NCBI RefSeq assembly: GCF_964204645.1
Contig: NC_134030.1
Coordinates: forward strand, 5,870,778 to 5,934,777
Direction of reading: 5' to 3'
DNA from: Tubulanus polymorphus
Taxonomy: Eukaryota > Animalia > Nemertea
Length of the DNA: 64,000 nucleotides
Of the stretch, positions 23,890 through 37,378 are shown in pieces. The notes below the pieces were generated by a model. It was given only the letters and a program-made list of their open reading frames with translations. It was not told where the DNA came from and ran no database searches. The first letter of the stretch is position 1; every line of letters begins with the position of its first letter. The position numbers and the translations under genes were made by a program.

Positions 23890-24700
23890 TAGAAACATGT
23901 ACGCGTTTGTAGATGAACATGTGCATGTCTACAGGCTGACATGCAGGTTTACGTGTACGTGTCTATAGGTTATCATATGCGTGTCTATGAGTTAACATGT
24001 GCATGTTTGAAGGTGGTCAAAGAAATGTCCATAGGATTACATGTATGTGTCTGCAGGTTTACATGTGCTTGTCTGTAGGTTATTATGTATGGGTAAACAT
24101 GTGCGTGTTTAACCAGGGGCGGAGCCAGGAATTTTGCACGGGGGAGCCAAAAATTTCGAGGCCTAGTTGTATACACTTACTTGGAACATGAACACGAGCG
24201 CTGTACACGCAAAGTCCTTAAGTGGTTTGGGGACTCCCAAGTACCCGGTGAATTTTGAGCTGAGTATCCAGAGTGATTCTAGAACAAAATTACTGGCATG
24301 ATTTGCCACTTTATGTGTAACTTTCTTAGGCCAGGTTGTGAAAATGCTATCTTGGCAAAAAATAGGAGGGCCCGGGCGGCTTTAGGCCCTCTTTGGATAC
24401 GCCCCTGCTTACATGTACATGTCTGCAGGTTAACATGTATGTTAAAACGTTCATGTTTATTACATGTTTACATCACCGGGAATGACTACTGTCCTTTTGA
24501 ATGAAATATATCTATGTCTGTAATTAGTTGTTGCATAGCGAACAAAAATGTTTTAAACATGTTAATGTATTCTCTCATGCTAGAAACATGTACACATGTA
24601 CACTTAGTACATGTTTAAATCAACCTAGATGACTACTATCACTTCGAACAAAAAATATCTCTATGTCTGTATTAGTTTTTGTACATGTCTGTAGGTAAAG
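23890..24700 (+). repeat. Degenerate ~21-22 nt ACATGT-rich minisatellite after the ACP7-like stop codon
   Basis: Recurring acatgtrcrtgtctryaggtt(t/a)-like units on both sides of the 24114 insertion. Confidence 0.7.
24114..24407. mobile_element. hAT-like MITE (CAGGGGCGGA.CCAG type) inserted in the minisatellite
   Basis: TIRs caggggcggagcca ... tggatacgcccctg; TSD not evident. Confidence 0.75.
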
Positions 24701-26914
24701 GTGTGTATGTTCAAAAAGAGCACCGAGACTAACGATGTAGAAACCTTCTCCAAAACTTTTGTAGAACTGAAAACAAAAAGCATTTTTCTAGTGATACGTG
24801 TTGTGTGTGTATATGAGGACCTTAAGTATCGATATCGCCTTTTAACCTTCCAGATATATATGTAAATACCGTATAGGTAAACTAGTAGCAAGGTTGTGTT
24901 CTGAAAATGGTTGTGAAGACAGTATCCGGCGGCAGGCTTTGCACTTTGTGATAATCTAAAAATGTCACACATGTAAATACTATAGCTTACAGTATGATGG
25001 AATATATGCTTTTTTACTTCACTAAGGCAGCACTTTCCTCGATGTACAATTTTATACGCCCCCCTGTAATACGTGTTTGTCTGTTACTTACTGAAACCTC
25101 AACCCCACTAAGAAAAAATGTACTGGTAATATTCAATAATGAACTGTCCACGCTCATGTTATATAGAAATCATCGTGATATCAAACCGAGTTTTACTAAC
25201 GAAGTTCAAGTATTTTATCGAGTCGAATAACGATGTATTTACATGTATAGTAGTACTGCGTTCGAATTGTATTTGTTTCTCGAAAAAGGCAGCAATAATA
25301 GTACATAGAAATCCCGGTTTGACGTTTCTCATCATTCCTGATTGCCGTATTAAAACGATATGCATAATTTTGTGATGTCTTTAGACTTAGCTGTTTTAGC
25401 ATTTTTTTATTTTTTCATACACACCAATAGTCAATTCACACGCGGAGCCCATTAAGTCAAATATTCTATTTCGGTTCCCGTATTTCTACGAAATATTCTG
25501 TATAGATTTACAATTACCGATATTGAAATTATCCGTGTATTCAAAGAACAATATTATGGTGAAAATTGCCCGCCCCGACCAAAAAACTTGATTTTCGTAG
25601 CGATTTTGAAACGATGTCTTGATTAAGTATTATATTTGACGTGTGAATGTGCATTTATGATAATTTATGTAGAATCATCTACGTGTGCTTTCATTTTATG
25701 GAAAATAGTCGTCACTTTTTAACGTATAAAAATTCGCATTTGAATCTATGTATATTACATGACGTATTATGTCGCAATATGCGCGCTTCGTTCTGGGGGG
25801 CCGGTTTTAGAAACCAGTTTCAATTTCAACCTAGGATTGACTTCATTTTAACAAATTGGTGCTGAATCAGACTTAGGATTTGGGTTGAATCTACGAGCAA
25901 TCATCTCAACGTCTCGTAGGTTAAATCGAAACTGGGTCCCTTAACGCTCATTTTCGAACGTGTTTTACTTAGCCGGTGCTGATTTAAAGCTAAAAGCTTC
26001 AGTTTGTTGTCGCGTAATCAAAAAAGCTATTCGTTTTTCCAATGATTTATTTTTGTTTTAAGCACGATTCGTTGCGCTCGTGCCACCGCCGCAAATCACC
26101 AGGTACTACATCCTCCCTCGGGATCACTAGACTGATTCATACCATCAGGTTCGAATCCAGACCCTACTTCTCATTCCGTGTTGATGCTTCCTGGTTACTG
26201 AAAGCCTCGCTTGGTCATCACATTGTTCAGGAATCGAGCGAGTGGTTTTGGATGCGCTCTGTAATTTTCACGGGCCTTATCCGTGTGAACGATCGCGACT
26301 CATCCATTTCAATTATCCACTTGCTTTCTGGCGGCTAATACGCGCACTTGCATTTCTTACGAGTCGAATTTTTATTTGTATATCTGTGATGTCGTTTTAA
26401 TTACGTCTTGTAATGAGTTTATGCATTTTGTAAATGGTTGATCTCCGTGAAAATTGTTCGTCGATGTAATTTTAGTCGGAAATAAAATGTTTATTTCAAA
26501 CAATTATAGTTCGTTCTCACTACAGGATCGCCTCGTACTGAGTGAATCTCCTCTCTGATCATATCGGCGTCAGAAGTCATAACCATCGATGAAACGCTCT
26601 TTGTCCGAGTTGTGACGATACAAGAGAAGTCATCTTCAGGAATTAAGGAAACTATTCTGACTTCACCTTTCGTTATATCTGTTTGGGATTCGTCTGAAGT
26701 CATTTGGTAGACGTGGACATAAGCACCAATCGTGTGAAATCCTCCAACCCCCCACCCCATAATATTGACTGTCTGCATATAAAGTACATTAGAATAGACT
26801 TATGTTTAAGTCATCTCCCTATTTCTGAGCGCATTTGATGATACATGTACATAAGAGTGTGCAATCCTATCAATCTCTTCTTTCACGTCCACATTTGGTT
26901 TTTTTGTATTTTTG

Positions 26915-26968
26915 CATCCTCGCTTGCCAGGGTTCGGTAGCCTCCACCGAAGCTGGTAAGCGAGGATG
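26915..26968. mobile_element. 54-bp TIR-only mini element of the same family as the LINE-nested MITE
   Basis: catcctcgcttgccag ... ctggtaagcgaggatg (15 of 16 inverted match). The left arm is identical to the reverse complement of 12721-12736. Confidence 0.75.
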
Positions 26969-27313
26969 TTGTTTATTGTCAGACGTCTTACGGTCGATGT
27001 CGACTACTTGTTTCGAAACGAATTCAGTTGAAAAGACGACCCAAATTTATGTGAGGCACTTTTAACTCAAAGCAACTCGTCTTTGAAAATGAAAATGGTG
27101 ATATATATACATAATATAGAATAAAATCTGAAACGTTATTTTCTTTTCATTTGGTTGTGAGTTAGCCAATAAAAAGAAAGAATTCTCGTATGCGTATGTC
27201 TCTCTCGTGGATGTAAAAGTTTTCCCAGACAGGATTCTAATCCGATTATGATCGCAAAAGTTCATACGATAAAATTATTGTTTTCACGCCACAGTCCTTA
27301 GCTGAACATCTCC

Positions 27314-30164
27314 TTAAACGGATGAAACGTACTCAGTCGTTACGTAACCTGAAGGGAAAAAGCAAGATCTTTTGCATTTTTGAGTAGAAAGGAATACCTA
27401 GCACAGCTGGGGTATCGGAGGTTAGTCCATAATACCACAACTGTATTAATTGTTTACTTACCGTTACTATCTGTGACTTGAACCAGCAACGAGCGATTCA
27501 TGGGGATCTTGTTTCGATTATAATCGCGACCGTATCGCAGTCGACGTAGCAAGATACCGATCTCATCGAACAAATATTCCAAGAAATGAGCTATAGTCAG
27601 TACACTGGCTCCTACAAACAAACCGAATTGACCACCAATGTCTCCTACAAACGACGAAAAAAATCCATTATCATAAACTTTCTGCCGAAAGAATACCACG
27701 CACGTCCACGGACTATTTAGTCACTAATGACCACTGATAATCCCTGCATCCTAAATATCGCAAAATATTATGATCTCTCTTAGGCTAAATATAATTGATA
27801 CCATTGTTTCACCGTTTGCTGAGCTTAAAAATTCTAAATAACTTTTTTTTAAATCATCATCATCAGGCTAGCCATAACAGACCCGGCAGCTACAGAAATG
27901 AACTGATTACACATTTTATTTTACACGGAGAAACAAGGTATCATTTTTAGCCTAAAATCAATGTATACAAACTTACCGAATAAACTTTCACTCGGATAAA
28001 CCACGAATTGTTCAACAGTTTCGAAATTCAAAGACTCGAAGAATACGTTTAGACCCACAATATTTTTACTACAGAAATAGAAGTTGAAAACAAAGATTTC
28101 AGATATAGTGAACTGTTTTGAATACCTTTGAAAACTTATCTTTATCAATTACCTTAGTACATCGGGTCTCGCTATATTGGGTTTTGATTCCATCATTTTC
28201 TCTATTGTTTCATTTCTAATGCGTAATGAAGATGCCACCATATCAAAATTATCGTACTTACAAGGCGACTTGCATATACAACCGTTTCCCTCCATAATCC
28301 TCTCTGTGAGAAAGAACTAGTGATGCTTCACATTCAGCAGATTCTGAATAAGTATTATTTGAACTGGAGTTTAGACTTGACTTACCTAGCTCAGGCTCTA
28401 CACAAAATTCTATTTTATCCATATCACATATTTTTGCATCACCTTAGAAATGAGACGAAATAACGAAATATATTGAATTTCAAATTAATCCGTGATTTTT
28501 AGCGCTTAACCAGACATTAGGTCACCAAGGAAAAAAGTATATATAGGTTATCAGACGGACAATGATGATATCATAATCCTCATATGATAATAACTAAAAT
28601 GTAAGCATTTGAAATGTAAGTTTTTGCGTTTTTACTATCATTTAAATGTAAGCAGTTGTGTGTAAGTCTGGTTTGATCATATACGGATCATGTATGTACC
28701 TAGTGGTGGTTGATCCATGTGTCGACATTTACATTTGTCTATAATAAGTTGAGTTTGACACTCGATACGGCAGCCAGCGGCGCTGTAGTGTTTGAAATAC
28801 TTCGTATCGGTCATCTCGTCGGTGACACAATCTCCATAGGGCGCGGGAAGACTCGTTATCTGAAAAAATCACTTTTATTAAACGCCTGTCATCTATATAG
28901 TGCAACGTTTTATTTTACATGCTTGATACATATATTCTCATATCGAAAATACGGAAATTTTATCGTTCGACGGCGATATTTGCGCTGTTGAGTCTATAGA
29001 GAATAGTTATTCGTGCAGTGGTCGATGCTCGAGATGTCCAGTAATTACTTACTGCCTCTTATGATGACATGGGAAAAATTCCGAGTGCGGTCGCGTACAT
29101 GGGAGAAGAAAGGGCTTCAGGGTGAAGTACCCAATTTTACAAAGAGGGACATATTTCTAATTTTCTAGCCTTCGTGTTCGAATTCTATTCTTCCTAATTT
29201 CTCACTAATGTCGTCAGCAGATTTCCATGTTTGTCTCTATACGTTACCTCGTTTTTCCGAACGGCGATGAAGTAATTACTCTCAGGTTCGAGCCCGTATC
29301 CCAGTTCTTCCATCAACGGGGGTTCTGTCTGTGAATGCAGCAATATTTTCAGCCCCGCATTCGTCACTCTATCCGTGTGCAGATAATCGTATTCTTCGAT
29401 GTTCAGGTACAATCTAAGTCCGTTTCCGCGTCCAGGTTTCGTCGAGTGAAGAAGCTCCCCGACCGATGGACCTTCGTTAAATGTATAGCAATTTCCGTAA
29501 TCTGTGATAATATGCGAAAAATTCTGTGGACCGCATGTGAATTCCCGCCATTTACATGTGAGTAACATGTCCTCGATTTGATGGCCAGTTCGTTTAGTAA
29601 ACTCGGCAACATCGAACGGCCCATCGGGTTTATAATTTGGCCAGTCTATGGAGGCGACCCTTTTCTGGAAGGATTCAGGGTAATGTTTCGCGTGTTCCAA
29701 TTCCCAGTTTTTGGTGAAGATACCGTAAGCTCGACCGGCATGGTAAAGATCATTGTCTGTCAGTGGGGACAGTCTGACACTATTTACATTGCATATAGTG
29801 ATCGCGGGAAAAGCTGAAATTACAAAGCGTGACATGTATATACACATTGCTTGACCTTTTTTATGATGGAATGTTTCTATAGTCATTGCCATAATGATTA
29901 CGTACCTATTTTGGGAACATACGTTACATCAACTTTTGTGCTGTGTGGATAGGAAGCAAAATACAATATTCGGTTGATGAGGATATTAACGAAGTAACCC
30001 ATACAACACCAGACCATAATGAACCAGATAACTCGTCTGGCTTTGCTGACATCGCGATGAATGAACTCTTTAAAACCATGGAAGGTCGTCTCGTCTGACC
30101 AGTGTTCCAGGCGATCCATGAATGTCGGGTCCTTCTCATCATTGCCCTGTCGATTAGCGTCACT
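27314..30164 (-). CDS. Acid-sensing ion channel-like DEG/ENaC subunit
   Basis: Exons 30164-29906, 29813-29248, 28859-28700, 28442-28386, 28303-28153, 28068-27977, 27644-27462, 27348-27314. Motifs: pre-TM1 TFHG, TM1, YPHSTKVDV, FPAITICNVN, YGNCYTFN, GNGLRLYLNIEEYDY, LPAPYGDC, Cys-rich thumb, TM2 GDIGGQFGLFVGASVLT; ends EYVSSV*. The first coding exon is uncertain: a phase-0 candidate MKIVRDDSIRV|gtaagt at 35332-35300, or an internal ATG at 30119. Confidence 0.92.
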
Positions 30165-30638
30165 CTACGTAAACAAATAAAACATTAAAATATTCCAAAC
30201 TCCTCCGATATGTTTGTGTCCTATACACTTAAGATATATTTTCGTCACTCGTACACCTATAAAACGGCAATATAATCACAGTTTGCAAATGAAAATCGTA
30301 TGCATCGACGAAAAGAGTGTCGGTGACGATACGACCCTCGGGAACAGGGTCTATTTTCCTATTATTATGTATAGATTGTGCGATAGTTGGAAGCGGTTTC
30401 TACTCGTGTTACCGCTACCAGTGGACCTCGTAAAATACACGATTTGACACGTGCGAATATAAAGTTTTGATACGATGTACTTCTGCAATGGATGACGCGT
30501 GCAAGAAATAAAACTTCGATTACTTCGGTTAACAATTTTGGCTAGCGATGAATCATTAGCATTCATTACATTCATATATAAAGATTAGTAGAAGATTATT
30601 GAAAAATTAGTGCTTTGAGAATTTGACTGTTTTGATTT

Positions 30639-31074
30639 CTTGGAGTACGGATACTTTTAAGAAAAAAGTGGGAGGGAGAAGAAAAAAATTAGAAAAAAAA
30701 TTTCCAGTAGGCGTTTCTAAATGGGAAGGAACAGGAAAAAAATAAAGATAATTTCATTTTTTATTATCTTAGTATTTTCAGTATAAAATCTCGGAAGCAC
30801 TGCAGAAAAAAAATAAAATGGAGCGAAAATTGTGATTGATTTGATACAAATGATTGGAGAAATGAAAAATAAACTAACCGTTTTTGCAAATCACGTGACC
30901 GAAAATTAATATGAACAAAACCTTTACAAGTAACTAGATTGAAAATCAAGATGGACTTTAGAACATAACAAATTGTTTTTTATTTAAAAATCCTGATGAA
31001 AACACGAAGGACTAAAACGTATTTTTAATTTGATGGTTTTTGTATAATTTTGGGAGGCGGATCCGTACTCCAAG
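30639..31074. mobile_element. 436-bp TIR element, superfamily unassigned
   Basis: Perfect 14-bp TIR cttggagtacggat / atccgtactccaag. Flanks tgattt and tgatta suggest a ~6-bp TSD. AT-rich non-coding interior. Confidence 0.7.
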
Positions 31075-34000
31075 TGATTAAGGCGTATTAGAATTTCAGA
31101 TTGAGTGTGTAGTTTTGGGAGGCCCGGCGTTAGACAATAGTTTTCAAGCTCAATGTCTAATGCTGGAATAGTTACTATACAAATCGTAATTTATTATTGG
31201 ATGCTCGTATGAATGAATTTAGTATGATTTGAATAATTATATTCCGCTAACACGATGCACAAAACATTTCAATTCGATTTGTAGGGTGGATCGTAAATTT
31301 TTAATCGACATATGCATGATAATCGAAAAATGAAATTGTAAAATTACGTCAAAGTCGTTCAATTCAATGAATTACCAATACGAAATGTTCCCGAACCGAC
31401 ACATCTTTTTACGATACACTCATGCTTGCGCATTTCGAAACTCCAACCAAGACAGAAAAATTTTTTTCCAAGCTAAGAAAATGTCAGTGTCGATTCTAAA
31501 AAAATCACTGATTGGTGAGATTTTCGTTGGTCCTCATTCAATATATGCGCATACTTAAAAACTTACTTCGTTCGAGGCTAAATTGTAGGAAAAATAGCAA
31601 CATTTTCCTCCGTTTTCACCCCCAATGTGCCAGAAGTTTTTAAATTGCTCTTCTTTGCATTTTCCAAAAATCCGATCCCGACGCTCGACTAAAAACTACG
31701 CACCTTTTGCGTATGCACCTTACAAAAAAGTTACTTTGTGAAAATCGACCCCCTCCAGTTATGACTGGCTACGGGCTTGAAAAGGACATGCTTGTTATCA
31801 AGTTGCTGTTATTCTTTTAACTTAAACGATGTAAGCATGTATGTACGTATGTATTTCATATTTGAACGTGTGTAGGCATACTCAATGGAATAGAAATCAA
31901 TTCGTATAATTACATATAAACGAAGATCGTTTAAACTTCAAAATGTAGAACTGAGGCGGAATTTTTTGGGCCAAATTTCCCGTCGTGCAGCTGCCTATTG
32001 TGGAGAAGGGCTCTTAGCCAGCTGCTGAGTGAACAAGAGCCCGCGTATACGTATTACATAGGAAAGTCATATTGTCATCTGGTGACGTTCTATCCGTGTA
32101 AAAAGGCGAACGTTAAGTTGCTCTCGCTCTTGACCGCCGTGTACATGATCGAACGACGAAATGACTTTTTCGTGATGCTTTAGAGGCCCTTGAGTGGGAT
32201 GACCAGTATTAATGCTATCTACCCAGAAAACCGATGGAAGTATAGAAATATATATCGCATTTCAAAGTGCTATTTTATTATTCTACTTCGTAAAGAGGTA
32301 CACACGTAAGAAAAAATAACTCATGGATAATGTATTATGTTTTTCAAACGATGTGTCCGTTTGATAAAGAGATCATTGATGAATCTAACTAAATATTGTG
32401 ACCACGTGTTACCGCGAACAATGTAGTTTACAGTCATATACTGAGCCAAATCATATCCATAGCATTGAAATGAAACTTGAAGCGATTTTATGAACGGTAT
32501 CAACTGTTACTGCAAGCGAACATTTGGATAGTAAATTCCACCGTGTATACATATATGTCATTGTTTATGTGGTATTTAGCTAATAGTTGGTTAAGATCAT
32601 TCAATCATTTTTGTGTTATATTAGCTCGTTTCCTGCGCTTATTGCAATATTTATTTGTTCTACCGCGAATTAATGCATCTATAATGAATTTGAAACCAAT
32701 AGACCCATGCTCGGTAATCAATGATTGTCATTATTCGTCGGCACAGATCTATCTAATGAGCAGTAATTATATGAACAAAAAATGATTAAATTTCCCGGAT
32801 CTTTACTATCGAACAGATGTAAACAGATACTGGAACGCATATGTTGTGACATAGGACGCATCTGTGGAGTAGCTTCGCTATATCATATATAATGTAGCAA
32901 CGAAGAGTGGGAAAAATGGTTGAATTCACAATACGAAATCTTTTTACAATTCAACCATTCATTATCTATGTAGCTGCGCTAATAAATATGTGACTATCGT
33001 AAATAGATATCATTCACAAATGATTTCAACTGGATCTTTTTCTACCGCTTTATCTATTTGAAAGTAACAAGCCAACTTTCGAATATCAAATTCTTTCTAG
33101 TCTTGATTTAAATCCATATATAAGTATAAGTGTAATGAACAAATCCATCTATTATGATTATTGATTAGTCGATAAACCATTAGTTTCACTCTTTACTGAA
33201 TCTACATGATTCTCTGATACAAATCTTATTGTTATCGACAACAGGATCGTAAATGCGAGCGAAATAGAAAAAAAAATTTGAAATACCTGAAAACAATTCC
33301 AAATCGATTGGCGATTCGAAGCCATATTATTTCCACTAGCGGCGTGTTTATGTTTTATGCGATGGGGCTCTCGGTTAGCCTTTAGTGCGAATGTTGCAAG
33401 TGCGCTAAAGTGTGACCAGAATAATCATTCGACATCGCTGCCGCGTGTTACACAACTGTTTCACGGTACGGAGACTCGTCATCTGTACCTCCCAGTGTCC
33501 GTCCGTATACGTAGCACACCGACACTACATACGGGTTTTTCAGCACACATTAACTACACGATCACATACGGTTATCGTATATAACAAATGATGCATTTTT
33601 TCAAAGTTCCGTTCTCAATTTTTTACCTTCTATAGATGACCGGTCACGGAACTAAGCTTTATTCTGCTTTCAGGTGACCCGTTAAACAGCCCGCAGAACG
33701 CCAGACAGTTGCCGGATTATGGCGTCAGGTTTTCGATTCGACAAAACATATTTTTGATACTCTATGATCTTTCGATGACGAATTGAAAACATGCTCCAAT
33801 CTAATTTGAATAATGGAATTAATGTAAATTCAACTGGAAATGATAATCTCCTCTGGAGGTATAAATCTCAGAATTTAGCACAAATCATAAATATGCGATT
33901 TCATTTTTCATATGATGCTGTGATATGGTAAAGCGGCCTGATTTCATATCATAAACCCAACTAGAAATGCAGCAGTCATAAACGTCAATATTCGGTCATT

Positions 34001-36978
34001 GCAGGTATCAGAAAAAAATCTCAGATAACATGAGGTCGTCAAAAAGCCCCTTGATTCATAGAAAACTCATGCAATGACAAACGATAATTAATCATTGATA
34101 TCAGCATGCATATAGTAATAGTCCAACTGTTTCCATTTTTGAATCTCGCCTAAAATCTTTTACGTTTTGAAACGCTTTTATTTGTAAGACAGTGAGTCTT
34201 TATATTTTAGAAAATAGCGCTATTTTATATAGAAATAAAATTCATTATCATTTCTATCGCTATGTACCAGGCATGATATTAGCATTGACGAATTTCTGAA
34301 AATGATTTTCATCTCGCGGAATTGTCTGACATGTTTATATTTCCTCACACGAGATTTAAGGGATATGCTGATTCTGGAATATACCAATCGTTTATATCTT
34401 TAGGGATTCTACTAGACAATCCTTCTGAAATCCTTGATAATCTTATGGTAGTATTATTTGAACTGTTTTTATCATTCACGATTGTGGAATGAACATAACT
34501 AATTATCAAAGAGGGTTCGTCATATATATCCGTGGTCCTATAAATCAAAACTTCACCCCCGTTATATCCGATATGAATTAGATTAGTCGAATTTTGAAAT
34601 AATTCATATGCTTATTTTCTAACGTTTAATATTCACCTGCATAACGTTTGGTTAGCTTATTTCCACACGTATCCGTGAATTGAGAAAAAAATCGCACAGT
34701 TGACACAGGCGTGTTACACCGATTCACCAGCGGGCAAAAGAACACTCTCGCTCATTCGATTATAGTGGTTATATATGTATATGAAATAATTAATTGATCG
34801 AACATCATCGACAGCAAAAGTTTAAACAATGGCGAAAAAAATAATCACGTATTAAAATGTCACCAGGTGTGGCATCAAATTCGATGCATATCATACAGGG
34901 ACATAGGATGACATGATACATCGCCAAGCATGAATATTGTATATAATTTTTTCAACGCGAGGCAGATTTTCCGATTAGCATGGAGGTATCTTCTTTTAGA
35001 ATTAGGTCCCTGCAGTAGCGTGGCCATCAGTAGCCGAATGAAAATGCGGGTAATACAATGGTTGTCAAAAGATTTGCTAGTTTTTAGTGCTGGATTCTCA
35101 TTTCTGATTGTATTCAGGAACATCCATCCAAAAATGCACGGTATACATAGATGTGATTGTAGAAAGGAGAAAATCTTTTAAACCTTATTCAAATATTTAA
35201 CGCAAATACCATAGTAAGTATCATGAGGTTTATATGGCTTGCATAACGGGCGAATAACTAACAGGAAGTTTTTCTTTATCAATACGCTTGAAGACTTACC
35301 ACTCTAATGCTGTCATCCCTCACAATTTTCATTCGTGAAAGGTTGCTTTGGCCGTACATTCAGTCAGTTCAGCGGTCGTTATCTGTTTGCAACTATTTAC
35401 AACGAAGTGTATTTCAGTCGTCTCTTCGCATTCGTGTCGTTACGATACGTACACGGATCCCGGTATGGATGCAATAAAAACTACCTCAGTTCGACATGTT
35501 GATCATTTCAATGATTATACCATTAATGTGGCGTGTATCGGGCAATTTTATATTCCTTGAAACCCGGGAATCAAGCTGTCGTTTTAAATCCAAAAATGTA
35601 TACACGTATATGCCTGTAACGATACGCGTGTAAACCGAAACAACGGCATAACACTATTTGAAATTATCCGTATTTTTTCTCTGATCTTGAATTCTAAAAA
35701 GTAGACGTCATTGACGTAACGGATAAGTGTTCTAAATCAAGACAGTTTAGGCTTGCGGTTATCAAAACTGATGGCTCAAAAAGCGAATTCATTGTTTCTA
35801 AACCGTCCCTTCGCTAAAAATCCTCCACCCGATATTCAGTTGAATAACGTTTCGCTTTTTTCGCAGTCGAATTTGCTTTTACTGATTCATTTTCCAAACA
35901 GTGAAACTATCGGCATATCCTCAACACTAACGAGTTCGAATTCTTAAGATTGACCGCAAAATTGACTTTTTAAGTAATAAGTCGCAAACATTTACATAGA
36001 TATAAGCCGGCAGCCATCGGAAATTATCATTTTCGGATCAAAATCATGACGAGACATTTTTTTCTACTGCGGTGAAATATAAACCAACAACAGCAGCCAT
36101 TCGTTTTTAAAACGAGAAGTCATTTGATTCGAAATAAGGGTGCACAAATTGACGTATTACGGAGCGAAATGGGTCTGACGGGAACGTAGACTGGATGAAC
36201 GACTACGCTGTTTTGCTGGAAGTCACTGTAATAAGTCCATCCATCAAAACATAACCGACCGCACAGTGCTCTCTCAACATGTCAATTCAAACCAATATAA
36301 GCACCGTAAATTGCCCTAACATTAGTCGATCTTTACTCCGGCTAATAGGTATAATAGGTCAAATGGTGTTTGCGACGATCTCGAATATGTCAAAGATGTT
36401 TTCACGTTATTTATACACTGATCAAGTAAGGATCTCTTTATGTATATATAGCAAATAAATTTTACGCGCAGTAGGCCCACTACGTCTTTAAAGGTGACAA
36501 GCACATTCTCACAGGAAGACGCCAAGAATTCAGATACAAGCAACTATAGGGGAACTCTCACGTCGGTTCAACGGGCTAAAAATTCGTCCAATTCGCCGTG
36601 AGAAAGTCATTCATGGGAGAATATTGATATAAAACAAAAAATTGATGATTGTCGAAGTAAGAATTGGAATAATTTGATAATTTTACGATGAATCTACCTA
36701 ATACTCGTGACCATCACCTGGCGGATTCCAGTTGATGTAGTACAAATGTCGGTAGATGTAATTATTGAGGGTCACGTGACACGATGCGAGAAAGTAATAT
36801 TTCGTAATATTTCCTATATTTAAAATATCTTTATTCACATTTAATATATTATATATACATATATAAAATATCGTTATTACGGGTACGAAACACAAATTTA
36901 TTTGACGAAGAATATGGTTATTCTAACGTACGCTAACGACTGTAAAATCGTCGTGCTCAACGATTTGTTTATTTTCAT

Positions 36979-37171
<193 letters not shown>

Positions 37172-37378
37172 TTATTTATTATGATAGAATAAATCGACGA
37201 AATATCGTATTTTGTGTTTAAAAAAAATAATATATATTTTCGTAGCAGGGTGTTTATATTAACACATATCTGATACATTATTTACAACCCTATAAACGGG
37301 TTCTTTAGCAGTACATCTTTTTTGTATATACAAGTAAACTGAAGACAATAGTTTTTCGATGGTCGACCAAAAATCGAA

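Noticed and set aside
23890-24620. p53-like CATG half-sites in the minisatellite
   Set aside because: Units do not satisfy paired RRRCWWGYYY; explained by the repeat itself.
25795-25940. Possible Harbinger-like MITE (ggggccggtttt ... aaactgggtccc)
   Set aside because: TIR short and mismatched, no TSD.
33281-33300. Possible recursive splice site (ttttcag|gtattt on -) upstream of the ASIC exons
   Set aside because: Depends on an unconfirmed first exon; the motif is short and likely by chance.
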